NCBI GenBank assembly: GCA_030167865.1
Contig: JALAGF010000009.1
Location: forward strand, 1-62,200
Length of the DNA stretch: 62,200 nucleotides
Direction of reading: 5' to 3'
Source: Craspedostauros australis
Lineage: Eukaryota
A program made the position numbers and the translations under genes. Shown here in pieces: positions 14,313 to 25,362 of the stretch (position 1 is its first letter; every line of letters begins with the position of its first letter). The notes below the pieces were generated by a model that saw only the letters and a program-made list of their open reading frames with translations, searched no databases and was not told the DNA's origin.

Positions 14313-16420
14313 ATGACAGACTCCGTGCCATTTAGCGTGAAATGGGGGAAGGAATCCTTCACCCTCAACTGCGTGATCCCTGGCGGTGTGAAGGGATTGA
14401 AGACGGAGTTGGAAGAAAAGACGAGCGTCCCACATGACCGCATGAAGCTCATGCCAAAGAGCAAGGGTGAGTGCATCAGCATCCTGCACTGAGCGACGTG
14501 CTCTGCCGCTTTGAGATGATGTAGAGAAAATAGTGTGACAAGTGCTGTACCAATACTCAGTTGGCAGAGCTCGACTTGCAGCGCTATTTCGCACTTGCGC
14601 CGTTTGCTCCGCTGCGGCTGGTAGTGGCGACAATCCCATGAGACTTTTCGCCATCTCACTCTTCGTATTCTATCATGAAATACGTTACTGCTTCGTTTCG
14701 GTTCCCAATTTGCTTCTCTCTCGTGCTCTTCACGCTCCGCTGCGCTCATCTGCCGCTCTGCCACTCTGCAACATACTATATTCGATTCGTCGACCATTCT
14801 ACATACGTTCTGCATACACCCACAGGTTTGTGGAAGGGCGTGCTCAAGGATGACTTCGATCTGTCCTCGATCGATTGGCAAGCAGCGCTGGCGAAGAACA
14901 AAGGCAACCCCTTGCAGATTCTGCTGATGGGATCGGCAGCGAAGCTCACGGGACCCAAGACGAAGACAGTGTTCCTGGAGGATCTCCCGCCTGAGGAGAT
15001 TGCCAAGGTTCAGGAGCCATCCGGATTGGAGAATCTTGGAAATACGTGCTACCTCAACTCCGTCGTACAGTGCCTCCGTGCCGTGCCGCAGATGCGCAAC
15101 GGATTGAAGAGCCTTCAGCCAGCTCAGTCATCACCGCAGTCCCTCTTCCTCACCTCTCTCCGCGACACACTCCAGCAGCTTGACCGGACCTCCAACCCAG
15201 TTGCACCGTCCACGTTCGTGCGTGCAACCAAGATGTCCTTCCCGCAGTTCGCTCAAACGGCCAGGAACGGCGCACCGATGCAGCAGGATGCAGAAGAATT
15301 CTTCTCCGGACTGTTGACCATTGCGGCAGCAGCGACATCCCGCGATGAGAACATTAAGGCGGCGCTGCCATTTTCGACAGATGAGGAGCTGGGTGGTGCA
15401 CACAACATGATCGATGCCTTGTTCGGTTTGAAGATGGAGGAGACACTCACCTGTGACGAGTTTGATCCCAAACTCAAGAACAAGGGCAGCGCCAAGGATG
15501 CAGCGTCCGCCGAGGCGAAGTCCGATGACGATGATAAGATGGAGGTCGATGGTCCAACGGAGGCACCCGTCAAATCCTCCGATCTGCACCGCAAGCTCGT
15601 GTGCAACATTCAGGGTGGCGCGGATGGGTCTTCCCAAACCAACGTCAATCACATCGCTGAAGGAATCGAGCTGTCGTTGCACGGAAAGATCGAGAAGCGA
15701 TCAGAAATCCTGGGACGCAACGCCATGTGGACGCGCACACAGCGCATCGCCCGTCTTCCACCGATCATCACAGTCCAATTCGGTCGCTTTTACTGGAAGG
15801 CGACGCCAGATTCTGCGGATCATGCTGGTGTGAAGTGCAAGGTGATGAAGCCAATTGCGTTCAACAACATCCTGGACGTGTACGAATTCTGCACCGATGA
15901 AATCAAGGCGGTGCTCAAGAAGTCACGTGACAAGGCACTGAAGGAAGAGGATGATCGCATCAACATGAAGCTGAAGGGTTCAATGGAGGCTGACAAGAAG
16001 CCAGCAGATGGTGCAGACGATGCCAAACCTGCAGCAGCAGCAGCGGGAGAAGGCGAGGAGGCAGATCCAGAACTCCAAGCAGCTTTGGCCATGAGCATGC
16101 AAACCGAAGAGGAGAAACTTGCTTCCATTGGACCGGGGCTTCCGGCTGAGTTCCAGGGCCAATACGAGCTGTTCGCTGTCGTGACGCATAAGGGGCGTGA
16201 TGCAGATGGTGGCCATTACATGGCCTGGGTGAAGGCATCCAACCCCAGCGGAAAGGCGGAGAAGGCCGAAAAGATCGGTGACACCGACGAAGATAACGAA
16301 GATTGGTTCGTGTTCGATGACGACGAGGTCAGCCCGTGCAAGACCGAGGACGTGCTGAAGCTGAAGGGTGGCGGTGACTGGCACATGAGCTATCTGAACT
16401 TCTACAGGGCAAAGAAGTAG
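14313..16420 (+). CDS. UBP6: Proteasome-associated deubiquitinase USP14/UBP6; exons 14313-14466, 14826-16420
   Basis: N-terminal Ubl (VKWGKE...RMKLM...KGVLKDD), Cys box GLENLGNTCYLNS, QQDAEE, His box VVTHKGRDADGGHY, LKGGGDWHM. Confidence 0.93.
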
Positions 16421-16862
16421 AGGAAATCAAGCCGAGTGAATGTGTTCCACCATAACATTAACATTATGAAGTCCAGTGGTACATCAATTCGTCATCTCCT
16501 CTTTACATGTCTATTGCTCGCTATTGATGTGCCACTATTCTCTCCTGACGCACAGACTCTATGTTCTATTGCCATGGCGTTGATTAGAAATAGAGTCGAG
16601 TTGAGTAGAACAGTGCAATGGAGTCTTCCACACTCACAAGTATTCTACGTGCGTAAGTACTGTTTGATCTGTATTTGTATGTGCCCCAATTCCTCACATT
16701 TGGTGTCGTTTTGAAATATCTTCATCCACAATCGTGGTATGGCATGTATACTCTTGATATAATAGTATCGTACGACCAAAAGCTTCCAGCCAAGCTGTGA
16801 TGGGATGACGAGAGCTGCGTCAAGCCAGCATGCTCTGAATGGTAGTGTATCACACTGTACCC

Positions 16863-17555
16863 TCATCTTGGCAAACTCATCTGCCGATCTGACGAGCCAG
16901 TGAGCTTGGTCATCGAGATGGATGACTGCATTGCTGACGATGACGAAGATGAGGTTGCTCCTGCCATTGCTCCCGTCGTGGATGCACCCGAGGTCGCCGA
17001 CTTGCCACCGAAGGACCACAGTTTCTTGAGAATGAAGTAGTTGACGATGCCAGTCCAGAGCAACGTAACGATCCACGCCACGTAATGCTCCACCATGACG
17101 TACTTCGTCATGACGATGTTGAAGACGGTCGAGAGCACGATGATGACGGAGTAGCCGGCGTACATGCGCATCAGCGAGGACCTGTAGCCCCCCACGTAAT
17201 CACCAAACACCAAATAGCGATGCGTCGTGTGTCGGAAGATGATGGACAGGCCAAATCCCATGGCCCAGCACAGACTGGCATCCTCGATTTCGAAGAAGAA
17301 GTGCAGCAGCAGATCCAAGCCGAATTGGATGATGTCGCAGATGGCGCCTGACAGCATGTAGCAGAGATACCGCGGCGGATGCAGGCCGCAGATGGAGACG
17401 ACTTCGCAGGCGGGTTGCGTGCCGAACACCACCTTGTCCAGCCCGGTGACGATGGGGACGCCACCTTCCTTGTTGTCGTCGGACCGCACGATGCTGTCCG
17501 GGATGCGCTGTTGTTGGACGAAGTCAATCGCCGCAGCGAGGAGTGGGCGATGCAT
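16863..17555 (-). CDS. GtrA-like small four-TM membrane protein
   Basis: Four hydrophobic segments. YMLSGAICDIIQFG, HRYLVFG and GIVNYFILKKLWSF resemble GtrA family patterns. Ser-rich tail. Confidence 0.6.
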   Translation of the reverse strand: MHRPLLAAAIDFVQQQRIPDSIVRSDDNKEGGVPIVTGLDKVVFGTQPACEVVSICGLHPPRYLCYMLSGAICDIIQFGLDLLLHFFFEIEDASLCWAMGFGLSIIFRHTTHRYLVFGDYVGGYRSSLMRMYAGYSVIIVLSTVFNIVMTKYVMVEHYVAWIVTLLWTGIVNYFILKKLWSFGGKSATSGASTTGAMAGATSSSSSSAMQSSISMTKLTGSSDRQMSLPR

Positions 17556-18242
17556 CTTGCTATTTCTTCTTCTGCCGTTGTTCGTATCGTGTTATCGTGT
17601 CTGTTGTTTCTTGTCGTCAATCCTCGCTGATTATCGTTGATTGTGTGCAGTGGCAGCGCAGGCGATGCGATTGCAGTTGTCGCCTCCAAGGAAAAGGAGG
17701 GAGAGAGAGAGAGAGGAGAGCGGGAATGGGGAGAACATTGGAGGCAGAGAACGAGGCGAAGAAGGAATCAAGTCGCAACGTTGTCGTATCGCTTTGCTCC
17801 GTTTCGCTTCTTGTTGGTGTTGTCCGAGATCATCGTCGAACAATTCCCTTCGTGTTTTGAATTTCGGAAATCGTGTCATTCGTATGAGTCGTGGAGCGAA
17901 GGCAAAACAGACGGCGGGCGCACGCCAGACTCTGATGGCTCTTCCGACGTCACTTTTTGGAGATTGCTCAGACGCCCACCAACGATCGACGCAGACACAA
18001 GCGTTGGTTGGCATGCGAACGGTGCTGTCCAGAGGAAGTTCAATGTGCGAAGTCCAGAGTCCTCTCACCTCGTTGTCGCTGTTCAAGTTCTCTGCTTGAC
18101 ATCATCTATCGAACGCATTGCCATCCACGCCATCGTTCATCGACAACAAACAACTCCACGAATAGTGTTCGCAATTCAGCTCAGGACGCTCACGACTTCA
18201 CTCACTCATTCATTGACAATCACAAACACTCGCAGAGTCACA

Positions 18243-19734
18243 ATGAAAATGCTCTCATTCGCTGTCGCCTTGCAGGTTGGGATCCGCCATGTGGCAGCCT
18301 TTTCCACCTCCAACGTCGTCGGCATCACCGGCAGCAATGCTGCATCCCGCAGCGCCATGACGCGATGCTTCTCCACGATGCGTCCTATCGACAGCGGAGT
18401 TTCACGTGTGGAAACCCTCCAATTCCTCCTCTCCAAACACGGTGCACCTGGCAGCGCTGGATGCAAGGAGGCCAACGATCTGGAGTCAATCGCCTCGATC
18501 GACGATGCGGAGCTCCTGAATTTGCATCCCCATCTCCATCCCATCGCGCGATCTAAATCGACAGGCAACTACATCTGCGCCTTGCGACGGGCCTTTGCGG
18601 AGGAAGGTGCCAGCAGCACCATGTACGCATCCTCCAACAAGGCACCCTGGCCAATCGTGGAGACCAAGCTGGGAGGCATGGGAATGAAGGTGCTCGCGCT
18701 CAACAGCGAACACCTGATGAGACGGATTGTTTGCGAGTGCGACTTTGCGGGGACGGGCGATGAAATCATCGCTTCCTACAACGAAGGGTTGGGTCAGGAA
18801 CAATTGAACGATGCGGCGTTGGATATTCCGTACCAAAGGGGTTCCGTGGAGAAGCTCGGGTGAGTTGGCTCCTTATCGATGATGCATGTGCGTACCAGTC
18901 ATCGCATGCGTGTGCGTGCATATGCCTCATGGATAGTTGGCTGCATCAATCAATCAATGGATGCATGGATGCATGGGTGCATGAGAGTATTTGAGCATCA
19001 CATTCCAATCCACTGTTTTGAGAGTCGTCTCATGACTCGCAGAGTTATCTCTTTTACTCCCATTCAACATGCCACTTGCACGCCAATGCTCGTACTCACA
19101 CATAGTGAACACTCACCCATGGTACCTGCACATTTGATGCCGTGCTTACAATTAAACATACTCCACGGTCAGATACGGCGTCGACAAATATGTGCTGCTC
19201 AAGGTCGGTCCATTCAGTGACATTTACGAATCCTTGGCACTTGGCCATGCCAAGGGCGGCGACGAGTCCAGCTCCTTGATATCGGCAGAGGCCGCGAACG
19301 GCAAGATGACAGGATTTGGCTCCACCTTCCGATTTTACGCGCGATTGCTACGCTCCTTCCCCAACCGCGAGGAGGAGGCACGTGATGCGGCTCGCATGTG
19401 TCTGCGTTTGCCGTTGCCGAGCATCGGCATGGAGATGGATGATTTCCGAGAAGTCGCCGTGCTGGGCCAGCTCGCGGAGGATGCCGATTCCGATGACGAT
19501 GTTCGAAGCAAATTGCAGAGCATGTACCAAAGCTACGTGGATCACGAGAAGGACGATCCGCATGCCAGCCAGGGCAAGACACCGGAATCGATGGCGATCG
19601 ATGAAGCGAATTACTTGATCGACACGACGGCGCTGAAGGGTGGTGAATGGAAGGAAATCCGATCCGATCTGGCCAAGATTTACAGCTCGGTGGGATACAA
19701 CGAGATGGCCAAGTTCGTCGATCCATCGCTTTGA
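18243..19734 (+). CDS. PAB: PROTEIN IN CHLOROPLAST ATPASE BIOGENESIS (PAB)-like, plastid-targeted; exons 18243-18859, 19173-19734
   Basis: Signal + VAA-F motif; LHPHLHPIA, ICALRR, YVLLKVGPFSDIYESLALGH..GDESSSLI, REEEARDAARMCLRLP. The intron joins the two ORFs in frame (LG/YGVDKY). Confidence 0.8.
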
Positions 19735-20141
19735 GGTGCTGTGGATAGACTATCACAGTCATGCTACAATGGATACGTGGATATCCTGCTATGGATAGAT
19801 CAGGTGGAACTGAACGGACTCCTTTCTCGCTTTGTACATACGAGCTACAATCCAATACAACCGCAGACACAAAAACGCAGCAGAGAATACCAACCTCATC
19901 TTTGAGGAGTTTACGACGCTAATTCAAGCACATTCGTACACTCTCTTGACTCCAATTTCGATACTCCACCTGTAATTTTCACAGAATAATGTGCAATAGT
20001 TGTCTGCACCAATTGCGTGAGTGGGTGCGTCCCATTGAACTTGTGGATGGTATCATGCTCAAACAAATGAAACTGCTTCTCTACTTCATGTAGTGGATGG
20101 ATCAGGGCGGCATGCTTCTTACGTATTTGCCATCGAGTATC

Positions 20142-23100
20142 TTAGCTTTCCTTGCTCATGAGCGACACTACCTCTTCTTCTTGGGCCGTCTCCTCGTCGG
20201 CGGTGGTATCCTCGTTGCTGGGCCGTTGGACGGCATGCGGCGCGCCCTTGATTTCGGGCAGCTTCATCCGCTTGTGCAGCGATGAGAACGCCTCGAAGTA
20301 CAAGGACTTGGGCGTGACGCTGGGAACGAAGATGGCTGCGACGTACGAGAATCCCATGAATCCATCAAAGCCGACCAGACCCACCAACGCGAGGCAAAGG
20401 ATCATGATGCCCAATGTGGGATGCGCCATCTCGCCGGGTTCCTTCGGTGGCTTCAACTTGCTCGGGACGGGCTCCACGAGCCAATCCAGCGCGTTGGCCA
20501 GGATCTGCGCACCGGCGGAATACACCTGCAGGGGATAGTGCACTCCGTCGTAGCTTTCATTCACACGAGACTGTGTGAACACTCTGCCATCCAGCACGAA
20601 GCTCGCCGCGGATTCCACGCCAACCTTGTGGTACAGCTCCCGAAGCTTCACCATCTCCACTTCGGTGATGTTGCCGCGTTTTTCAGGTGTGGCCAAGGCG
20701 ACAGAATTGACAACTGTGGGTATCATCCAGACGACGGGGATTCCCATGCCGCGGATTCGTTTCATTTCGGATGCGAGCACGTCCAGCTTTGTCTCCAATT
20801 TCTCCTTTTCCGCCTGCGTGTTGTACGTCCACAGCCGGTCCCACGCACCGCCACCCATGACCAGCAGATCGGGACGGTCCTGTTGCGGTGTGGATTGCGT
20901 GATCTTGTTGAGGACGTCGACTTGGTCTGCAACGTACGCAGCCCATCGGAAATGGAGAGTGACATCGCCGATGTCACGTTCGATATCCACGTGCTTGTCG
21001 ACCGTGGCGTTGTACATTCCGGCATTGGCAATGCCCATCTGCCGGCTGAAGGAATGGTACAGGAGGCGCGTCATGGAATCACCGACAAACGCGAGATTCC
21101 TGCCCTGGACGCCACCCTTGATGAGCTTATTGGCGCGGTGCGTGAAGCGGCACATGCTGTTGGATGGCACATCATCCCACGCCCAGAGCTGCGCAAGGTC
21201 GGCATTGGTGCACAAAGATTCCGGGTAAATGCTGTTGCTGCGCGTGGCGGCATGTCTCAGACCTTCGTCGCAGCCATTGATCGACACCCATGATCCATTG
21301 TTGACGAAGGCATCGCAGGTGGATGGAAGCTTCTGCAATTTGCCTGCCCCGTTGATGATCATGTGATTCCAGAACACGCCGATGATGAGCACCACCCCCG
21401 CTCCCATCCACATGGGGGTGACGCCGCTGAATCCCTTTGTCACCATGCCGCTCTCAGCGGATGCGCCGATCGGTGCATGCTCCCCGGCATCCACGGTGCA
21501 GCTCAGCACCAAGCGGTAGACCGCGATGCCCATGATGACGGAGAGCGCACCGACGGCCTTGAGCGACAGCATCTCAATGTTCTGCAGGACGAAGACGACC
21601 GCGTAAGCCGCGGCAACGACCGCCGACATTCCCGCGAGGTTGCGGAAGCATGCGGCTTTGTTGTTGGGCAGCATCATGCCGCGCAGGAAGAGCGTGAGCT
21701 TGTAGAGATGACGGCTCATGGCGACGTAGAGGAGGGAGACGAGCAGGAAGTTCATCTTGGGCCATCCCGGGATGAGCGTGAGGAGGCTCTTTGCGTTGGA
21801 GGTGAGCCAGATGTGGTGCTGCATGAGGTAGGTTTCCAACGTCGTCTTTCCGATCTGATGCAAGAGGTCGAACGTGTGACCTCGCAGCCATGGCGTGAGG
21901 TTGCGGAAGTAGATGTAGACGATCAGAGGGATGAAGCCGTAGTAGGCGTTGGTCTGGTTGTAGGATAATTTCGCCTCGAGGAAGGGCCCCGAGGCCCACC
22001 ATCCAAAGACGATGAGGAAGGCGATGCCCATGGCACCCTTGGCGAGGATCTCGATCCATCTCGGTTGGGCCTCGAGCTTGCGGTAGAAGAGGCTGGTGAT
22101 TGGGAAGTTGAGAGCGAAGATCATTCCGAGGAAAGTGGACCAGTGATCGAGCGTGGATCGGAAGTACCACTCCCACATGGCACCGCCCGAGGCACCGAGC
22201 ATGGGGGTGGTGCCAAGGAAGGGGAAGTGGATGAGCTGGAAAAGGCCGCTGTTGAGATCCCACACGCAGAAGATGATCAATCCCAGGATGGCCATCTTGA
22301 GGCGGATGCCCCACTTGGTGTAGTTGACGTCCTTCTCGATGCGCATTGTGACGTAGACCATGAAGAAGAAGTAGGTGTGCAGGAGGCAGATGTAGTAGAG
22401 GATGTAGGTGGTTCCCTGCGTGAGGCAGAGGAAGAGGACCAGGAAGTTCAATCGCCACAGCATCTGCAGGACACGGACGATGCCGTAGTCCGCCTTGAGG
22501 TAGAAGAAGGAGAAGTTTCCGAATCCCGTCATCCAGACGTAGCACGTGATCATGATGCGGATGGAGTTGTAGACCTCCTCCGCGTGGTAGTAATGGTAGA
22601 GCAGGAACATGAACTGCATCCATCCCTTCCACTCCTCCGTCTGGTCTCTGTTGAGCACCTCGATGGCATCGATGGGTTCCGCCACCTTGCCGGCCGCGGA
22701 CTTTTCCAGACTGCTGCTGCTGTTACCGCCGCTGGTGTTGCCATCGCTATGGCCATTCATGATGGCGGTGCCATTCGAACTTCCATTGGAGCCTTCGTTG
22801 CCGTGACCATTGATCTGCAAGGCCTGCGATTTCTGGTCCAGGCTGTCCGAGCTCTGCTTTGGCTTGACCGGTGGCTTGGCCGCCTGATCAGGCTTTGCCT
22901 GCGGCTTTGGCTTGAGATGCGTCTTCATGGTGAAGTAGGAGACGACGAAGAGGAGCGCGGTGAGGAAGAAGAACTGGTCCGCATCGTAGTTCTTGTTCAT
23001 GTGCAGGAAGGGCGGGTGATGCTCGCAGATGTAGGCGTAGAAGAGGATGAAGCCGAAGACTGAGGAGTGGTGCAGCAGGGTGTAGACCGAAGTCATGGAC

Positions 23101-23270
23101 TTGACATCGAGCGCCGAGGATCTGGGGTTGCTCGCCGCCTTGAAAGGCCGGCTGTCACCGACGAGGTAGGATCTGGTGGCCAGGGCGGCAGTGGCGAACG
23201 TGATCGTCCCGAACAGCAATGCCGACGCCATGGTCGACAGCGGCGCACCGCCATCCGCAGTCCCGCTCAT
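20142..23270 (-). CDS. Cas1p/RWA-type O-acetyltransferase fused to a C-terminal SGNH/PC-esterase-like domain
   Basis: Cas1_AcylT motifs LNRDQTEEWKGWMQ, YVWMTGFGNF, YYICLLHT, EWYFRSTLDH and TLETYLMQHHIWL. Downstream FVGDSMTR (GDS) and DGVHY (DxxH), then a C-terminal TM. 1042 aa, no intron. Confidence 0.88.
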   Translation of the reverse strand: MSGTADGGAPLSTMASALLFGTITFATAALATRSYLVGDSRPFKAASNPRSSALDVKSMTSVYTLLHHSSVFGFILFYAYICEHHPPFLHMNKNYDADQFFFLTALLFVVSYFTMKTHLKPKPQAKPDQAAKPPVKPKQSSDSLDQKSQALQINGHGNEGSNGSSNGTAIMNGHSDGNTSGGNSSSSLEKSAAGKVAEPIDAIEVLNRDQTEEWKGWMQFMFLLYHYYHAEEVYNSIRIMITCYVWMTGFGNFSFFYLKADYGIVRVLQMLWRLNFLVLFLCLTQGTTYILYYICLLHTYFFFMVYVTMRIEKDVNYTKWGIRLKMAILGLIIFCVWDLNSGLFQLIHFPFLGTTPMLGASGGAMWEWYFRSTLDHWSTFLGMIFALNFPITSLFYRKLEAQPRWIEILAKGAMGIAFLIVFGWWASGPFLEAKLSYNQTNAYYGFIPLIVYIYFRNLTPWLRGHTFDLLHQIGKTTLETYLMQHHIWLTSNAKSLLTLIPGWPKMNFLLVSLLYVAMSRHLYKLTLFLRGMMLPNNKAACFRNLAGMSAVVAAAYAVVFVLQNIEMLSLKAVGALSVIMGIAVYRLVLSCTVDAGEHAPIGASAESGMVTKGFSGVTPMWMGAGVVLIIGVFWNHMIINGAGKLQKLPSTCDAFVNNGSWVSINGCDEGLRHAATRSNSIYPESLCTNADLAQLWAWDDVPSNSMCRFTHRANKLIKGGVQGRNLAFVGDSMTRLLYHSFSRQMGIANAGMYNATVDKHVDIERDIGDVTLHFRWAAYVADQVDVLNKITQSTPQQDRPDLLVMGGGAWDRLWTYNTQAEKEKLETKLDVLASEMKRIRGMGIPVVWMIPTVVNSVALATPEKRGNITEVEMVKLRELYHKVGVESAASFVLDGRVFTQSRVNESYDGVHYPLQVYSAGAQILANALDWLVEPVPSKLKPPKEPGEMAHPTLGIMILCLALVGLVGFDGFMGFSYVAAIFVPSVTPKSLYFEAFSSLHKRMKLPEIKGAPHAVQRPSNEDTTADEETAQEEEVVSLMSKES

Positions 23271-24280
23271 GTTGCTGCTTCAGACTCAAGTGGAGTTAAG
23301 CAGAGCAGAGCAATCAATGGGGCTCCACAACGTCGACTTCACGGCGTGGATTGTGTCTGCGAAGGTGAGTGATGGTGTGGGTGTGCACAGTGTGGAGAGT
23401 ATGATGCTCTCCGTGATGCGAGTTCGTGGCATGTGACCGTTGGCGTCAGTCACAATGATGCAAAAACGGGCAGCGCTGTTCCATCGTGATTTTTTCCGCG
23501 CGCATCGCTGTCTTGGTCCCTTGTGCACAAGCGGAGGCGACGCGATCAGGGTGCGCGATGTCAGCCCAGTACGACCACGACGACGAGGAAGAAAAGTCAC
23601 TGCCCAATCAATGACCAAAAGGTATCATAAAATCATAGAACCATGTATGAGGTATCTACAATGAAAACAAGGGATACCACAATGGTATCGGATAGTCCAC
23701 GAGCCGAGAGGACTATGACGTGAATGGACAGCAGGCGTGGCTTGTGGTCTTGTTTGGTGTGTCCAAATCAGTGACAGGATTGGAAGTGCCTTTCGCACTT
23801 GAGACTCCACAAGACAGACACGATGTCCCGGATGAGTGTACTAATACTGTACGATCTATGGTTACGTTCACGTGCGAGGGAAAAGTGGATGCGGAGAGTG
23901 GAGTGGAGCACAAGCAACGAGAGGGAGTATAGCATGGAAATACTCTGAGTGCTGCGTTGATGCCTTTTCGCTTCTCGTGAAATGGAGTCGGCGATGGGTT
24001 GATGTTGATGTTGATGTTGCTGCTTGCTGTCGGCGTTGATGTCGGCGTTGTTGTCGGTGTTGTTGTTGGTAGCGTTGGTTTGTGGAGAGGGATTGTTGGG
24101 ATGTGTTGGGTGTGCGAGGTGCGCGGTGGTTTGTCACGCACGCTCTGCCAACAGGACCGTCCGGCGCTTTCTAACGTAGACATATGTTAAGTCACATGCG
24201 TCAGGCTCGCCCATGTATCGCCACTTGCGCGGGGTGTTCATGATTACATAGGGTGTGGGCGAGAAACTTGGCTTTGTTGG

Positions 24281-24535
24281 GCGCGAAATGTCTGAACGAG
24301 CGTGATTTTCTGGAAGAATCGTCGGAGTGAGAAAAGCTTGGCCGGCGTTGGCGAAGGTGACCTTGCAACGCTGCGGCGTCGGCACGAGTTGTTTGGCTTT
24401 TTGGTGTGGATTCCGAGACGAAAACGGAGAACACGAATCACACACAGAGGACTTTTACTCTGGTCCAAGTACCTCCCTCCAGCTCCATCCAGTCCGGGTA
24501 CTGTGTGTGTCTATTGCCGTGTTAATTTTTGGCGC
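24281..24535. promoter_or_regulatory. Two E2F-consensus (TTTSSCGC) sites upstream of CDH1
   Basis: GCGCGAAA at 24281-24288 (TTTCGCGC on the minus strand) and TTTGGCGC at 24528-24535. Short motifs that could occur by chance. Confidence 0.3.
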
Positions 24536-25362
24536 ACGAACATCTGCAGAGAGCACAAACCAGAGTACCACACACACACACACACACACAAAGAGAGGCA
24601 GAAACAGCGGAAAGAGACACGGTGAGGGAGAGACAGAGAGAGCGGTAGGCGGAAACGAGACTTGCCGACAAACAAGGGAAAAACAAACACAAACAGAAAG
24701 AGAGAGAGAGGAGGTTTCAGGACAGCGATCGGGATACCACTCTCTGTGCTTGCAACATACCAATACCAAAACCAACACCAATACACACAAGAGAGAGTCA
24801 GGAGCACGAGCGACGTCGGTGCGGTCCATTCCCCAACGAGTCCAAATTTGTGCCATCGCCATCATCAGCTCATTGAGTGGAGTAGGTGTCGTCGTTGTTG
24901 TTGTAAAACGCATCATCGTGTCCCAAACCGCACAAAGAGAGAAGCGTTGATGCATTTCGATTGAACGATCAATCGATTTCGATCAGAGCTTCGCTGACAA
25001 CCACAATCACTGCCACAATCACAATCACAACCACAAGTAATATACAAGCACAGACGCAAACACAATCGCAGCCCCACTCATTCTCTACTCCATACGAGCA
25101 CTCCACCGAAGCATTCCGCATCGCCCCGCCCACTCCAATTCATATCGCTGCTCCGTCCATCAACTTCGTTCGCTTGCATCCTACCAGCGGTTCACAATAA
25201 TTCACGCAAACGCATCATCCGTTCGGACGCTTCCACTAACGCTGCGATAGCATCCACTTCACACTTGTGGACTTCAGCGTCATAATCCATCCATCGTCCC
25301 AACCATCGTCCCAAACAGAAAGCACAGCACTCCACCACATCGTCCATCGCACATCGCACATC

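Noticed and set aside
20142-23270. 'Cas1' name suggesting a CRISPR system
   Set aside because: Cas1p/Cas1_AcylT is a capsule O-acetyltransferase family unrelated to CRISPR Cas1. No repeat-spacer array was seen.
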